The notes under the pieces: model-generated
The model's database searches: none
Seen by the model: only the letters and a program-made list of their open reading frames with translations
What the model was told of the DNA's origin: nothing
Source of the DNA: a virus
Taxonomy: Duplodnaviria > Caudoviricetes
Reading direction: 5' to 3' (one strand)
DNA length: 43,789 nucleotides
IMG/VR virus record: IMGVR_UViG_3300020045_008873
Span: 1 to 43,789 of that record
Position numbers and translations under genes: made by a program
In this document: one piece after another, positions 19,953 to 28,611 of the stretch
How the letters are laid out: every line of letters starts with the position of its first letter
How positions within the stretch are numbered: the first letter of the stretch is position 1

Positions 19953-20733
19953 GGCTCTCAATTCCTTTAGCAAACGTGTATTCCTTGCACAGCAGTTCGT
20001 GTAACGCTATGGCATACTCATCAAGTAGGTTGCTTTTGAGCATGGCCTCAGTGAACCCGGCAATGTACTGATACTCGGATTGCATCATCGTGCCCCGCGT
20101 GAATATGCCAGCATCGTTCACAGTCTCAGTAACGAGGGGCAGCTTATGCGCGGCGGCTAGGCACCAGCGCAAGGACGCTATGCCGGGCGTGTTGTCATTT
20201 TGATGCACATGCACCATAAGCCGCGATTGCAGCAGTTTGACGGAGCGCTCGCGCCCCCACAGGTTGCTAATCGGAGCAAGGCGCAATCCCGCTTCTATCA
20301 ACTGCCTTGTGACAACCTGCCGACGGTGTGTCTGATAACTTAAGAGCGACACATCAAATACTTTAGTCGCCGGGTAGTTTATGCCAACTTCGTTCAGGCG
20401 CAAGTCGCCGCCCATTGGCACGTATTCAAAATCCTTGCTCTTTGCCAACCACGCATCACTTGCCCACACCCGACTGACTCCCGGTGGCGTGTTGTGTTCA
20501 TTAGTGAGCATCCATTCCAACTGCCATAGAATGATCTGCGCTTTTGCGCCCGGCCAGCCGTTCACAGTCTCCCCATTGGCAGGTGTGAAGATATAGGTGT
20601 TATCCGATTGCGGATCAAGCTCATCCACGTAAATGGTTTCATAGCCTGCCCATGCAACCATGTTCCAGAAGTCGGAATACGAAACATAGCCGATGTCCTG
20701 ATACCGCGTTTTGCAAAATATCACACTGCCCAT
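19945..20733 (-). CDS. Putative glycosyltransferase (GT-B-like, divergent)
   Basis: IILWQLEW, RVWASD, lwG.ER..LLQSRLMVHVHQ...SLRWCLAAAHKLPLVTE resembles the GT-B C-terminal lobe. Context supports it. Confidence 0.6.
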   Translation of the reverse strand: MGSVIFCKTRYQDIGYVSYSDFWNMVAWAGYETIYVDELDPQSDNTYIFTPANGETVNGWPGAKAQIILWQLEWMLTNEHNTPPGVSRVWASDAWLAKSKDFEYVPMGGDLRLNEVGINYPATKVFDVSLLSYQTHRRQVVTRQLIEAGLRLAPISNLWGRERSVKLLQSRLMVHVHQNDNTPGIASLRWCLAAAHKLPLVTETVNDAGIFTRGTMMQSEYQYIAGFTEAMLKSNLLDEYAIALHELLCKEYTFAKGIESHV

Positions 20734-20942
20734 TATTTGTAATCCATGTATGACTGACAAATAGCAGGCACTTCACTTGACGACTTGCCAGCATATACAA
20801 TTAAGCATATGCGCTCGTCAATGCATCCACTCGTAGTACAATTCTTAAATGAAGGTGGTATGAAAGATATATAAGCACTCAGCAACCCCAGAAATACAAC
20901 CAACGCAACCAATAGCCACATTCCAAACTTCAAGTATTTCAT
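20733..20942 (-). CDS. Small membrane-anchored Cys-rich protein
   Basis: N-terminal hydrophobic helix and four Cys. Confidence 0.55.
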   Translation of the reverse strand: MKYLKFGMWLLVALVVFLGLLSAYISFIPPSFKNCTTSGCIDERICLIVYAGKSSSEVPAICQSYMDYK

Positions 20943-20954
20943 ATCACTCTCCTG

Positions 20955-21293
20955 CTACAGATACTCGAATTCAATGCGGTTTACAATTCTGTTTCGACTG
21001 CCTTTCATGTGCTGGCAAAAGTAATTCACGAACTGCTCTGGAGCCCAACCGGGAAAGCCTTCCCGCACTACATCGTCAGGGGTGATTGCGTCCAGCGGTT
21101 CCAGTCGCACGGATACCACTCGTATCATTCCGAAACGTTCTGGACTTTCGCCCTTCCTCAATCCCATCTTTTTATTGACCACTTCCAACACGTCACCCGG
21201 TTTAAGGAATGTCCATCCCTCGCGGCGGGTTACTGTTTTGGAACGGTCTTTTATCTGGCGCTCTGTTAGTGCAAAACTGATAAGGTAAGCCAT
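20955..21293 (-). CDS. ASCH-domain protein
   Basis: KTVTRR..W..LKPGD and ITPDDVVREGF motifs. Confidence 0.85.
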   Translation of the reverse strand: MAYLISFALTERQIKDRSKTVTRREGWTFLKPGDVLEVVNKKMGLRKGESPERFGMIRVVSVRLEPLDAITPDDVVREGFPGWAPEQFVNYFCQHMKGSRNRIVNRIEFEYL

Positions 21294-21559
21294 TAGATGT
21301 TATGCCGCCATCCTGTATAGCTGTGCAGGAATAATGCCACACCTGCAATCGCCAGCGCGTCCGTAACCACGTTTGCACCAATGAGCCTCAGCACCAGCGC
21401 CACCCATACCGATAGACAGATGATACAAGTTGTTAGGCCGCCTAATGGCAGGCGTTCACGTAGCCACTCGAACACGCCGAACGGGCCTGTTGTGTTGACT
21501 ACTGCATAGCTTATGTACCATGCGGCGCTGGCATAGGTCAGCAGTTCAAGGAGTGTCAT
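21293..21559 (-). CDS. DUF1360-like membrane protein
   Basis: GPFGVFEWLRE...LTTCIICLSVWVA. Confidence 0.7.
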   Translation of the reverse strand: MTLLELLTYASAAWYISYAVVNTTGPFGVFEWLRERLPLGGLTTCIICLSVWVALVLRLIGANVVTDALAIAGVALFLHSYTGWRHNI

Positions 21560-22431
21560 GTCAAACCGCTTTGCTTCAATACCTGTTCCCGCTTGGGCGC
21601 AAGCTGACGCGGATCTCTGGTTGCTCGAAACAATGGCCGCCCTTGATTGTCCTTAAGCCTCTCAATATCAGTCGGACTAACCATGAGCTTTGAGCCATTG
21701 CCACCGACATAAAGGCGTTGACTGTAAGGACTGTACTCACTGCGCATACCCGTCCACAGTGTTTCAGCCAACACATCGCCCGGCTGCCCCGCTCCGGGGT
21801 CAGCTTGCACTGCACTATCGGGATTACCACAACATGCCATAATTCTTGCCATTCCTCCATTACGTAATGCTACTCGTTCGATAATGTCCTTATAATCCGC
21901 CCGTGCGTGAAAGTCTTTACTGCGCTGCCCGGTGTCATCCGGCCTCAGCACAAGCGGCTTGTCTAAGTGTATGCCGCAAATGCCAGCGGCATACGAACGC
22001 ATGTAAAAGTCAGCATCTTCATGACCGGGTAATGTCTCATCAAAACCGCCTAAGTATTTGAACAGGGCAGTCGGGTAGAGCGTGGTGACAATGTGGAAAC
22101 TTTCACCGCTCCATGCACACGGTTTCGGCTTGAATACCCACTGCCCCGCACCCTCTGCCCATGAGGTGAATACGTACTTACCCTCCTGATAATCTAGGAG
22201 GCATTCAGCCACGAACGACGGATGCAAGATGTCATCTGCATCAAGGAACACGAGGAAAGGCGTATCTACGGTTTTCCCATAGTTGCGCCCAATGGCAGGC
22301 GTGCCGATAGATTCAATCGCCTTTACATCGCAACGGATTGTTTGCACCTCTGCACTCTTAACCGCCCGCTCTACAATGTTGGCATGATAGGGCGCAAATG
22401 GCACAATGATGGTAGCAATTGCATCCGCCAT
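21556..22431 (-). CDS. Glycosyltransferase family 2 with C-terminal MACCG domain
   Basis: IIVP, RNYG, FLDADD, GGFDE...HEDADF. Confidence 0.88.
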   Translation of the reverse strand: MADAIATIIVPFAPYHANIVERAVKSAEVQTIRCDVKAIESIGTPAIGRNYGKTVDTPFLVFLDADDILHPSFVAECLLDYQEGKYVFTSWAEGAGQWVFKPKPCAWSGESFHIVTTLYPTALFKYLGGFDETLPGHEDADFYMRSYAAGICGIHLDKPLVLRPDDTGQRSKDFHARADYKDIIERVALRNGGMARIMACCGNPDSAVQADPGAGQPGDVLAETLWTGMRSEYSPYSQRLYVGGNGSKLMVSPTDIERLKDNQGRPLFRATRDPRQLAPKREQVLKQSGLT

Positions 22432-22435
22432 GAGG

Positions 22436-22699
22436 TTACTCGTTAGTGTCTTTTGTGGCTGGATCAAATACTACTTCTGAGTAAATGGTATCCACTATTT
22501 CAGACTTCTCAATAGCCATGCTTCCGAGCCAGCGTGTAGCGCCACCCATACTCTCTCTATTCGCGCTGATAAATATCTCAACGCCAAGAGGGTTTTCCCT
22601 GCTCACGTCAAACAGCATGTCATCAATGACCCACTGCTCAATTTCCAACTCAATAACCCATTGTCCATCTTTACGGAACATCTTTGCATTTGTTTCCAT
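22436..22699 (-). CDS. Hypothetical protein
   Basis: GGGAG SD before ATG 22699, co-oriented. Confidence 0.55.
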   Translation of the reverse strand: METNAKMFRKDGQWVIELEIEQWVIDDMLFDVSRENPLGVEIFISANRESMGGATRWLGSMAIEKSEIVDTIYSEVVFDPATKDTNE

Positions 22700-22709
22700 G
22701 TCGCTCTCC

Positions 22710-23063
22710 CTATTTACTCGCAAACTTGAAATTAACCACTTCCACCGCGTCTTGGATAATGCGCTTTAGTTCTAGCCCTGCACTGGTAATGGCAATCACC
22801 ACCGCCCGCCTGTCACTGGTATCAGGCCGCCGCGTGATAAGGCGCTGCCGTTCCAGCGAATCCAGTATCGGAGTGAAGGCCGTTGGAGCCGCCCCGACTG
22901 CCCGTGCCAAATCAGAGGGGTGCTGTTTGTCCTGTGTGTATAGGGCAAGCAAGATGTGAACTTGTTTCGGTGTAAGGTCGCAAGCGGGCGTTGGTTCGAG
23001 CTGCTCCATGAGCGCCAGTTCAATGGCGGCTAGTCGCTTTGCGGTGTCTACCCATACTTCCAT
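22710..23063 (-). CDS. MarR-family transcriptional regulator
   Basis: LTPKQVHILLAL...LERQRLITRRPDTSDRRAVVIAITSAG. Confidence 0.9.
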   Translation of the reverse strand: MEVWVDTAKRLAAIELALMEQLEPTPACDLTPKQVHILLALYTQDKQHPSDLARAVGAAPTAFTPILDSLERQRLITRRPDTSDRRAVVIAITSAGLELKRIIQDAVEVVNFKFASK

Positions 23064-23103
23064 AGTTGCGTCCCTCGTATATGCTGAATTAAGTCTATAT
23101 GAA

Positions 23104-23132
23104 ATTATACGCTATTTGTTACATAGATGCAA
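23104..23132 (-). promoter_or_regulatory. Sigma70-like promoter for the marR-glycosylation operon
   Basis: TTGCAT-17 nt-TATAAT. Confidence 0.75.
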
Positions 23133-23196
23133 TAGTTGTATTATTTAATAAGCCTAGCGAAGGGAGGTGATGTAAAGCCGCTGGTATCGCTACATA

Positions 23197-23230
23197 CAAG
23201 AGAGGCCGCACAATTGTGCGGCCTCTCTTG
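23197..23230. terminator. Perfect 34-bp palindrome, probable terminator after the capsid gene
   Basis: caagagaggccgcacaa|ttgtgcggcctctcttg. Confidence 0.75.
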
Positions 23231-23253
23231 ATTCTGTGAAGTAGCAGATACTA

Positions 23254-24729
23254 CTATGAAACTGTGTAGTTGCCATCCCATCTTGAAGTGCCGCCGTCAG
23301 CGTGCGAAATTGTGTCGCCTGGGTAAGCGCCGCGGAATGGAGCCAGGTAGCTGTACTGAATGGTGTCAATGCGTGCTGCCAAGAAAGGTGCGTCCTGAAT
23401 AAGCCGGAACTTGCCCGCGAAGAGGAGCTCCATACAGTAGGCTGTACGCATCTTGGTTGCCAGCCACATGCCGTTATTCACACCCGTGAACTCGTTAGGC
23501 CCCACAAAGTTGGCGAAGTCCATAGCCTGTGCATTGTCCATCGGCTTGTATTGCAGGTTAATCATGCTCATGCTCTGCCATTCGAAAGGCAGAATGAACG
23601 TTGAACTTGCAGTGTACACCGATGAACTGGCGCGGGTTTCACGGATACCATCACTGAACACAACCTGCACGGGTGTGCCGTCGATCAGGAGGTAACGCCC
23701 TTTCCACATGTCATCTTCAAACTTCTTAACCGCCTCTGCGTTCTGGAAGTTGGGGTTACCAGCGCTGCCCGCGCAATAAGCCACATAGTACTGGCACGCA
23801 TACAACCGTGTCAGCACCTTGAACATACGCATCGGCATGACAATCACCCAGCGCATGCCACCGAGTCCGGTTTGTTCGGCAATGTCGGTCAGGCCAAAGT
23901 AAGTATCGACCAGCATCTGAGCGAAGGTGCGTCCGTTCACAGTCGCATCAATGCCACTGCCCCAGGTAATCACCTGACTATCAGCACCAGGGCAGGCGAT
24001 ACCCGTATCCAAATCGACTTTTCCAGTTGTGATCTGGCGCTCAAGTCCTCTGAACTCGCTAATCCAACCGCGTTCGGTTGAGGCGCTGCCTGTGGTTTCA
24101 TTGCCACGAATAAGCACCAGTTCCAATTCGCGCTCCATTTCAGCGCCTAACGTGAACAGTTCAGTTGCCAGCAAGGCGGTGTTGCGGTTCGAGATGTCGA
24201 GCCGTCCCATAATGTCTGGGATGAGCGGGTTCGGGTTCTGGTTCAAGTTCAGAATGCGCTTCTCAACATCGGCATAATCGGCATACTCACCCGCCTCTGC
24301 CACGTTGACAATCTTAGACTTCCAATACGACTTGCCCCAGATGTAATTCTGGACGCATCGTTTCAGTTGCCCAGCAGTCGGGGCAGTGCCGCAAAAGCCT
24401 GTTGGGTTCGTGCCTTCACCGCCCGTAACGCCCGTCATGATACCGATCTTCTCATTAGCGATCAGCGACGGACGTACGCCCAAGATGGAAGCGAGTGAGC
24501 GCGGGCGCATGAAACTGCTAAACATATCCGGGCGAATGCCGGGATAACTGAACACACCATAGTCACCGCTGCCATCGGCATACGGGCCGTAGGGTGGGTT
24601 ATTGGTTGCCACAGTTCCAGAGGCGGCATGTTTCTGTACCTCTAAAATCTGGCGGGTAATGACCTCAGTCAGGTCGGTTAGTTCTTTGGCGGTAAACGTC
24701 TTATCGCCGTTGCTCAGTGGAGCGGCCAT
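23254..24729 (-). CDS. Major capsid protein
   Basis: 491 aa, follows the protease/scaffold and precedes a strong hairpin. RG...EFRGL motif as in HK97-fold capsid proteins. Confidence 0.85.
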   Translation of the reverse strand: MAAPLSNGDKTFTAKELTDLTEVITRQILEVQKHAASGTVATNNPPYGPYADGSGDYGVFSYPGIRPDMFSSFMRPRSLASILGVRPSLIANEKIGIMTGVTGGEGTNPTGFCGTAPTAGQLKRCVQNYIWGKSYWKSKIVNVAEAGEYADYADVEKRILNLNQNPNPLIPDIMGRLDISNRNTALLATELFTLGAEMERELELVLIRGNETTGSASTERGWISEFRGLERQITTGKVDLDTGIACPGADSQVITWGSGIDATVNGRTFAQMLVDTYFGLTDIAEQTGLGGMRWVIVMPMRMFKVLTRLYACQYYVAYCAGSAGNPNFQNAEAVKKFEDDMWKGRYLLIDGTPVQVVFSDGIRETRASSSVYTASSTFILPFEWQSMSMINLQYKPMDNAQAMDFANFVGPNEFTGVNNGMWLATKMRTAYCMELLFAGKFRLIQDAPFLAARIDTIQYSYLAPFRGAYPGDTISHADGGTSRWDGNYTVS

Positions 24730-26057
24730 TATTGTGCATTTCCTTTCACAGCTACACCCATACCCGTCCAGAAGTTTGTCTTTGGATCATCGACAGGGAT
24801 TACATTTTCAAGTCCATCAGTTTCTTTGCGAACAGTACTCACGTCCTGCGAAGCGCGGCGCGGCGGCATGTTGACCACCGTGCGCAGTGCGTCCAATTCC
24901 TTTTGCCAGGCGGCGGTCTGCGATTCAAACTTGTCATCGAGCGCCTTGAGTGCCGCATCTTTGGCAGCTAGTGCTTTGGCCTGCAAGGTCACAATACTGA
25001 CCAGTTCATTCATGCCCGTTGCCAAGTCGCCATAGACAGCGCTGAGAGCCTTGCGACTTTCATCGTCGCCGCCTTCTTCTTCGTCACTGCCTTCGTCCGG
25101 TGTGACCTGTGCATAATCCTTGTATGCAATCCGCATATCTTCCAGCGCTTTGCCGCGCTGCTCGTCTGCCGCCACAATTTCAGCCGCCTTAGCTTTGCCT
25201 ACCACGGCCTCCAGGTAGCGGAGTTTTTCTTCGCTCATTGTCTTTTGCATTGTCATTAACTCCTCAAATGATGTATAGGGATTAGCCGCCGCGTAGGGTG
25301 GCAGGGTTGTAATCTCAAGGGTGTTGTAATCTTCATAGTGCTTGCCGTCATACGCCCATTCTGGCGCTGTGAAACCGTGTGACATTTTCAGCTTGCCTGC
25401 ATTCTTGCGATAGTAGGCAATCGCTTTTTCAGCCTGAGGCGTGTCATCGAAGTGACCGAGCGCATGTACAAAGTGGTCATTGCGCCACACGACATCGGCC
25501 TGCCCGTGTTCAGTGCCGGGCGTGTGCCAGGCCATCAATACGGGCATGGGTACAAGTCCCATGTCCAAGCGGGCGATATAATTATCGTGCGCTTTTTCAG
25601 TGAGGATTTCGCCCTCTAAATCTTCGAAGTTGTTTGTGAATATCGCGTGCCAGTGCCACTGTCCATCAGTGCCCTTGAACACGGTAAATGCATCATCACG
25701 GGGTTTTGCTTTGGGGATTAAATCGCGGAGGCGTTGAGCAAAGGTGCGTGGCTTGCGTGCCATCTCAACATAACCGGCTGACTCGCTTATGGTTTCCGCC
25801 ATATCCTCAATAGCTTCTACCAATGTTTCAGTGGTATCAGCAGGGGGAGGAGGTGATTCTTCCCAGCGGTCACAGTAGCCCGTAGCCAGAATAGGCTCTG
25901 GGGCGCAATCAACGATATGGCAGTCATCATAAGCAGGTAAATAGAATCGGCAATTGGCACAAGCCTTGCCGGGCGTGGCGGATAACGGGACATAGTTCAC
26001 TTCGGATTGTGACAGGTAGCCTGCGAATGCTTTGTCGGTGGTAGCTTGTGCTGTCAA
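24729..26057 (-). CDS. Prohead protease / scaffold with N-terminal HiPIP-like Cys domain
   Basis: DLEGE, LMAWH, MSHGF, EITTL...AANP protease motifs and a coiled-coil C-terminus. TTG 26057 has a GAGG SD. Confidence 0.8.
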   Translation of the reverse strand: MTAQATTDKAFAGYLSQSEVNYVPLSATPGKACANCRFYLPAYDDCHIVDCAPEPILATGYCDRWEESPPPPADTTETLVEAIEDMAETISESAGYVEMARKPRTFAQRLRDLIPKAKPRDDAFTVFKGTDGQWHWHAIFTNNFEDLEGEILTEKAHDNYIARLDMGLVPMPVLMAWHTPGTEHGQADVVWRNDHFVHALGHFDDTPQAEKAIAYYRKNAGKLKMSHGFTAPEWAYDGKHYEDYNTLEITTLPPYAAANPYTSFEELMTMQKTMSEEKLRYLEAVVGKAKAAEIVAADEQRGKALEDMRIAYKDYAQVTPDEGSDEEEGGDDESRKALSAVYGDLATGMNELVSIVTLQAKALAAKDAALKALDDKFESQTAAWQKELDALRTVVNMPPRRASQDVSTVRKETDGLENVIPVDDPKTNFWTGMGVAVKGNAQ

Positions 26058-26076
26058 GGTTTTGCCTCGTAAACGC

Positions 26077-26173
26077 AAAAAGCGCATAAGTGCTATGCGC
26101 TGCCCTGACCAGCTACCTATCCTGACGATAGGGGGTTGTTTCTATTATGGCGGAATTAAGGTGCTATTGTCAA
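26077..26173 (-). promoter_or_regulatory. Promoter plus attenuator-like leader of the head genes
   Basis: TTGACA-18-CATAAT (26144-26173), hairpin cctatc-GTCAG-gatagg, second GTCAGGG, then agcgcata-gcact-tatgcgct followed by TTTT. Confidence 0.7.
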
Positions 26174-26178
26174 ATTGC

Positions 26179-28542
26179 CTATACCCAATTCCCTTTAGAC
26201 TTGCCTGTTGTCTTTTCAAGATAGTGAGCACAGTTCGGTTCCCATGTGCCACATTCGAAGTTGTCATGATCCTTGCCGGGTATCAGTTCCTTCTTCATCC
26301 AATCCTTCATGCGGTGCACCTGTCCCTTGAGTTTCTTGCAGGTATTGCAGTTCTCTACCCCATCATCGCCCACGAACTCGTACATGCCATTTTTATCCGC
26401 ACTGGCAATACCATCATAATAGAATTGGTTCAGTGTGCTAATCCACAAGGCCGCTCGCGCTTCTGGCGTGCCTTTCAATCCCTCCTCTGAATAAATCTCG
26501 TTTACCAAGTCGGATACGAACTGGCTATCGGCTACGTTGTCATCAGCGATTACAAGCAAGTCATCTTCTGATAACTCATCAGGGTCAACGCCGCCGTCCT
26601 CTAATCCGTCCTGATACGCCCGCTTGCCAAAGCGCACGATTGCGCCACGGATACGTGAGGCAGTACCGGCCTTAGTGGTCACTCTTCCCACGCCGTCCTC
26701 AATAGCGGCCTGTACATCCGATACAAAAGCCGCCCCGGTTGCGTCAATGTCCTTAAGCACTACTGGCAATTCAACCGCTTTATACTCAGGCACAGGCCCC
26801 GCGCCATTGCCCGTTGGCATGGTTTCACCTGATACTACCGCGTCAAAGCTGGCAACACCACGCCCGAAATGTGCCTGCCACAAATCGCGTACTTTGTCGC
26901 GTGGTACGGGGAAGTTCTCAACTAAGTACATGCCTTCATACACCGGGTCAGGTGTGAGGCCAAGTGCCGATTGCGCTTGTGCCATTGTGAGCAACCCGGC
27001 CTTCAATTGTTCCTGAACTTCCTTGAACTTATTATCGACTGCCGTTGCAACGGGTTTAATCAAAGCGGCGGCTGGTGCGGGTTTCTTGACTGTCATAGCA
27101 GTTGGTTTAGGCTTAGGCAGTGCCAGTGCTGATTGTGGCGCATCTTGTACCATTGTTTCATTCTGCGAGTTAGCCGTCACATCGCCTTCATTCGCATCTA
27201 GTGGCGTGTCCATTTCAACCGCATCACCGGCCACCATGATTTGCGCGTCCTCTTTAGGATCAGCGTCGTACAGGCGAATCTGCCCCTGCTCATCCATGAG
27301 CACGTCGGCAAAGGCAGGCACTTGATTAGCGACTAGCTGGCGCTTCTCATCATTAGTCATATATGTGGCACTGTCGGCAAGGTTGCTCCATGCCGCCGCA
27401 GTATCGGCAATCTGCTTATCGGCTTCCGAGTTAGGCGCTTTGTACTTCCATTCGAGTGACCTCGGGAGCACCTGATTCCACTCACGTTCCAACCGCGTGA
27501 GCAAGTAACCAGCGCCTTTATTAGAAGTCTTTTGAGCCAGTATCTTCGACTGCATCCCACTGCCCATTGCTGAGGATTGCAGCGGCCATATGTCCTGCGG
27601 ATCAAGCTGCAAAGTCAGTGCCAACAGGTTTACATGAATCTCCATGTACTCTTTGTAGTTAAACCCCTCTGGCACGGTGGACAGGGGTACAAACGTTACG
27701 GAGGCGGGCTGGCTAGGGTCTTTGGATGAGAGCGATAATGGAGCGCGGTAGATGTTCTGACCATCCCGCACCCGCTCATACTCGAACTGCCGCATAGCCG
27801 TTTCAACTTCATCGGCTTTGACGTTGTTGAAGATGACAATGCCAGGGGGCGGCAAGTCGTTAAGCAGTTCGTTCTGGTGACGGCCTAGCATGATCTGGGC
27901 ATTGGATACCGTGAGCGCGTCATAGAGGGCGCTCTTGCCTATGCCGTACATGAGCGTGTTAGGAGAGGGTGAATCCGCCAAGTGAATGACGCGCGTATAG
28001 TGCATCTTATGCAGGCCGCCGTCCCATTCGCTTTGGTACAGGTAAGGCCATTCGCGATTGCCCGTTTGAATGATCCTGAGCGCGTCTAAGTGGTTTAGTC
28101 CTAAGATGCGAGCGCCGTCTTTAATAGGTGTATCAGGTTCACCGTAGGATACCTTTTCAATAAACCCACCTCGGTTCAAGGTGAGGTAATCAGTCAGGAA
28201 CTTGAACATCAGGAAGTCGTACCCTTCACCGAAGTCCGTTTCAAAGAATAGTTCCTGCCATTGCCGGGTGAGGTTGCGCCCGCCTGATATTTCGTAAGGC
28301 GTGCCGAGTACCTTTTCAATCCATATCTTGCACGCCCCGCCCCACAGTGCATTGTGCTGTGTATAGTGCAGCACCCGCAGCGCCACGTCGCATTCTGTCG
28401 TACCCCAAGCGGGCAGCGTGTTGGCAGCGCTAGGCCAGAGGAAGCCCAAGCTGTCGCCTATGAACCCGCCCCATGAGTTAGGGCTGAATTGGCGAACGCT
28501 GTAATCCTGATTAGTAACGATTGCTTGATCTGTATCTGCCAT
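26179..28542 (-). CDS. Portal protein fused to a MuF-like minor head domain
   Basis: Follows terL. Portal-like N-terminal ~430 aa, a low-complexity linker, and C-terminal NCNTC..LKGQ...C.....NC. Confidence 0.8.
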   Translation of the reverse strand: MADTDQAIVTNQDYSVRQFSPNSWGGFIGDSLGFLWPSAANTLPAWGTTECDVALRVLHYTQHNALWGGACKIWIEKVLGTPYEISGGRNLTRQWQELFFETDFGEGYDFLMFKFLTDYLTLNRGGFIEKVSYGEPDTPIKDGARILGLNHLDALRIIQTGNREWPYLYQSEWDGGLHKMHYTRVIHLADSPSPNTLMYGIGKSALYDALTVSNAQIMLGRHQNELLNDLPPPGIVIFNNVKADEVETAMRQFEYERVRDGQNIYRAPLSLSSKDPSQPASVTFVPLSTVPEGFNYKEYMEIHVNLLALTLQLDPQDIWPLQSSAMGSGMQSKILAQKTSNKGAGYLLTRLEREWNQVLPRSLEWKYKAPNSEADKQIADTAAAWSNLADSATYMTNDEKRQLVANQVPAFADVLMDEQGQIRLYDADPKEDAQIMVAGDAVEMDTPLDANEGDVTANSQNETMVQDAPQSALALPKPKPTAMTVKKPAPAAALIKPVATAVDNKFKEVQEQLKAGLLTMAQAQSALGLTPDPVYEGMYLVENFPVPRDKVRDLWQAHFGRGVASFDAVVSGETMPTGNGAGPVPEYKAVELPVVLKDIDATGAAFVSDVQAAIEDGVGRVTTKAGTASRIRGAIVRFGKRAYQDGLEDGGVDPDELSEDDLLVIADDNVADSQFVSDLVNEIYSEEGLKGTPEARAALWISTLNQFYYDGIASADKNGMYEFVGDDGVENCNTCKKLKGQVHRMKDWMKKELIPGKDHDNFECGTWEPNCAHYLEKTTGKSKGNWV

Positions 28543-28554
28543 GATTTCAGTCTC

Positions 28555-28611
28555 TTACAAATTGTAGTAAAGTGCCCGGTTGCAGGCCATGCTCAGAGCC
28601 ACCGCTGCATC
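28555..28611 (-). pseudogene. Displaced original 3' end of terL
   Basis: Translates DAAVALSMACNRALYYNL*, against the current TerL end DACVSLSMAVNRAMYYNL*. Confidence 0.9.
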
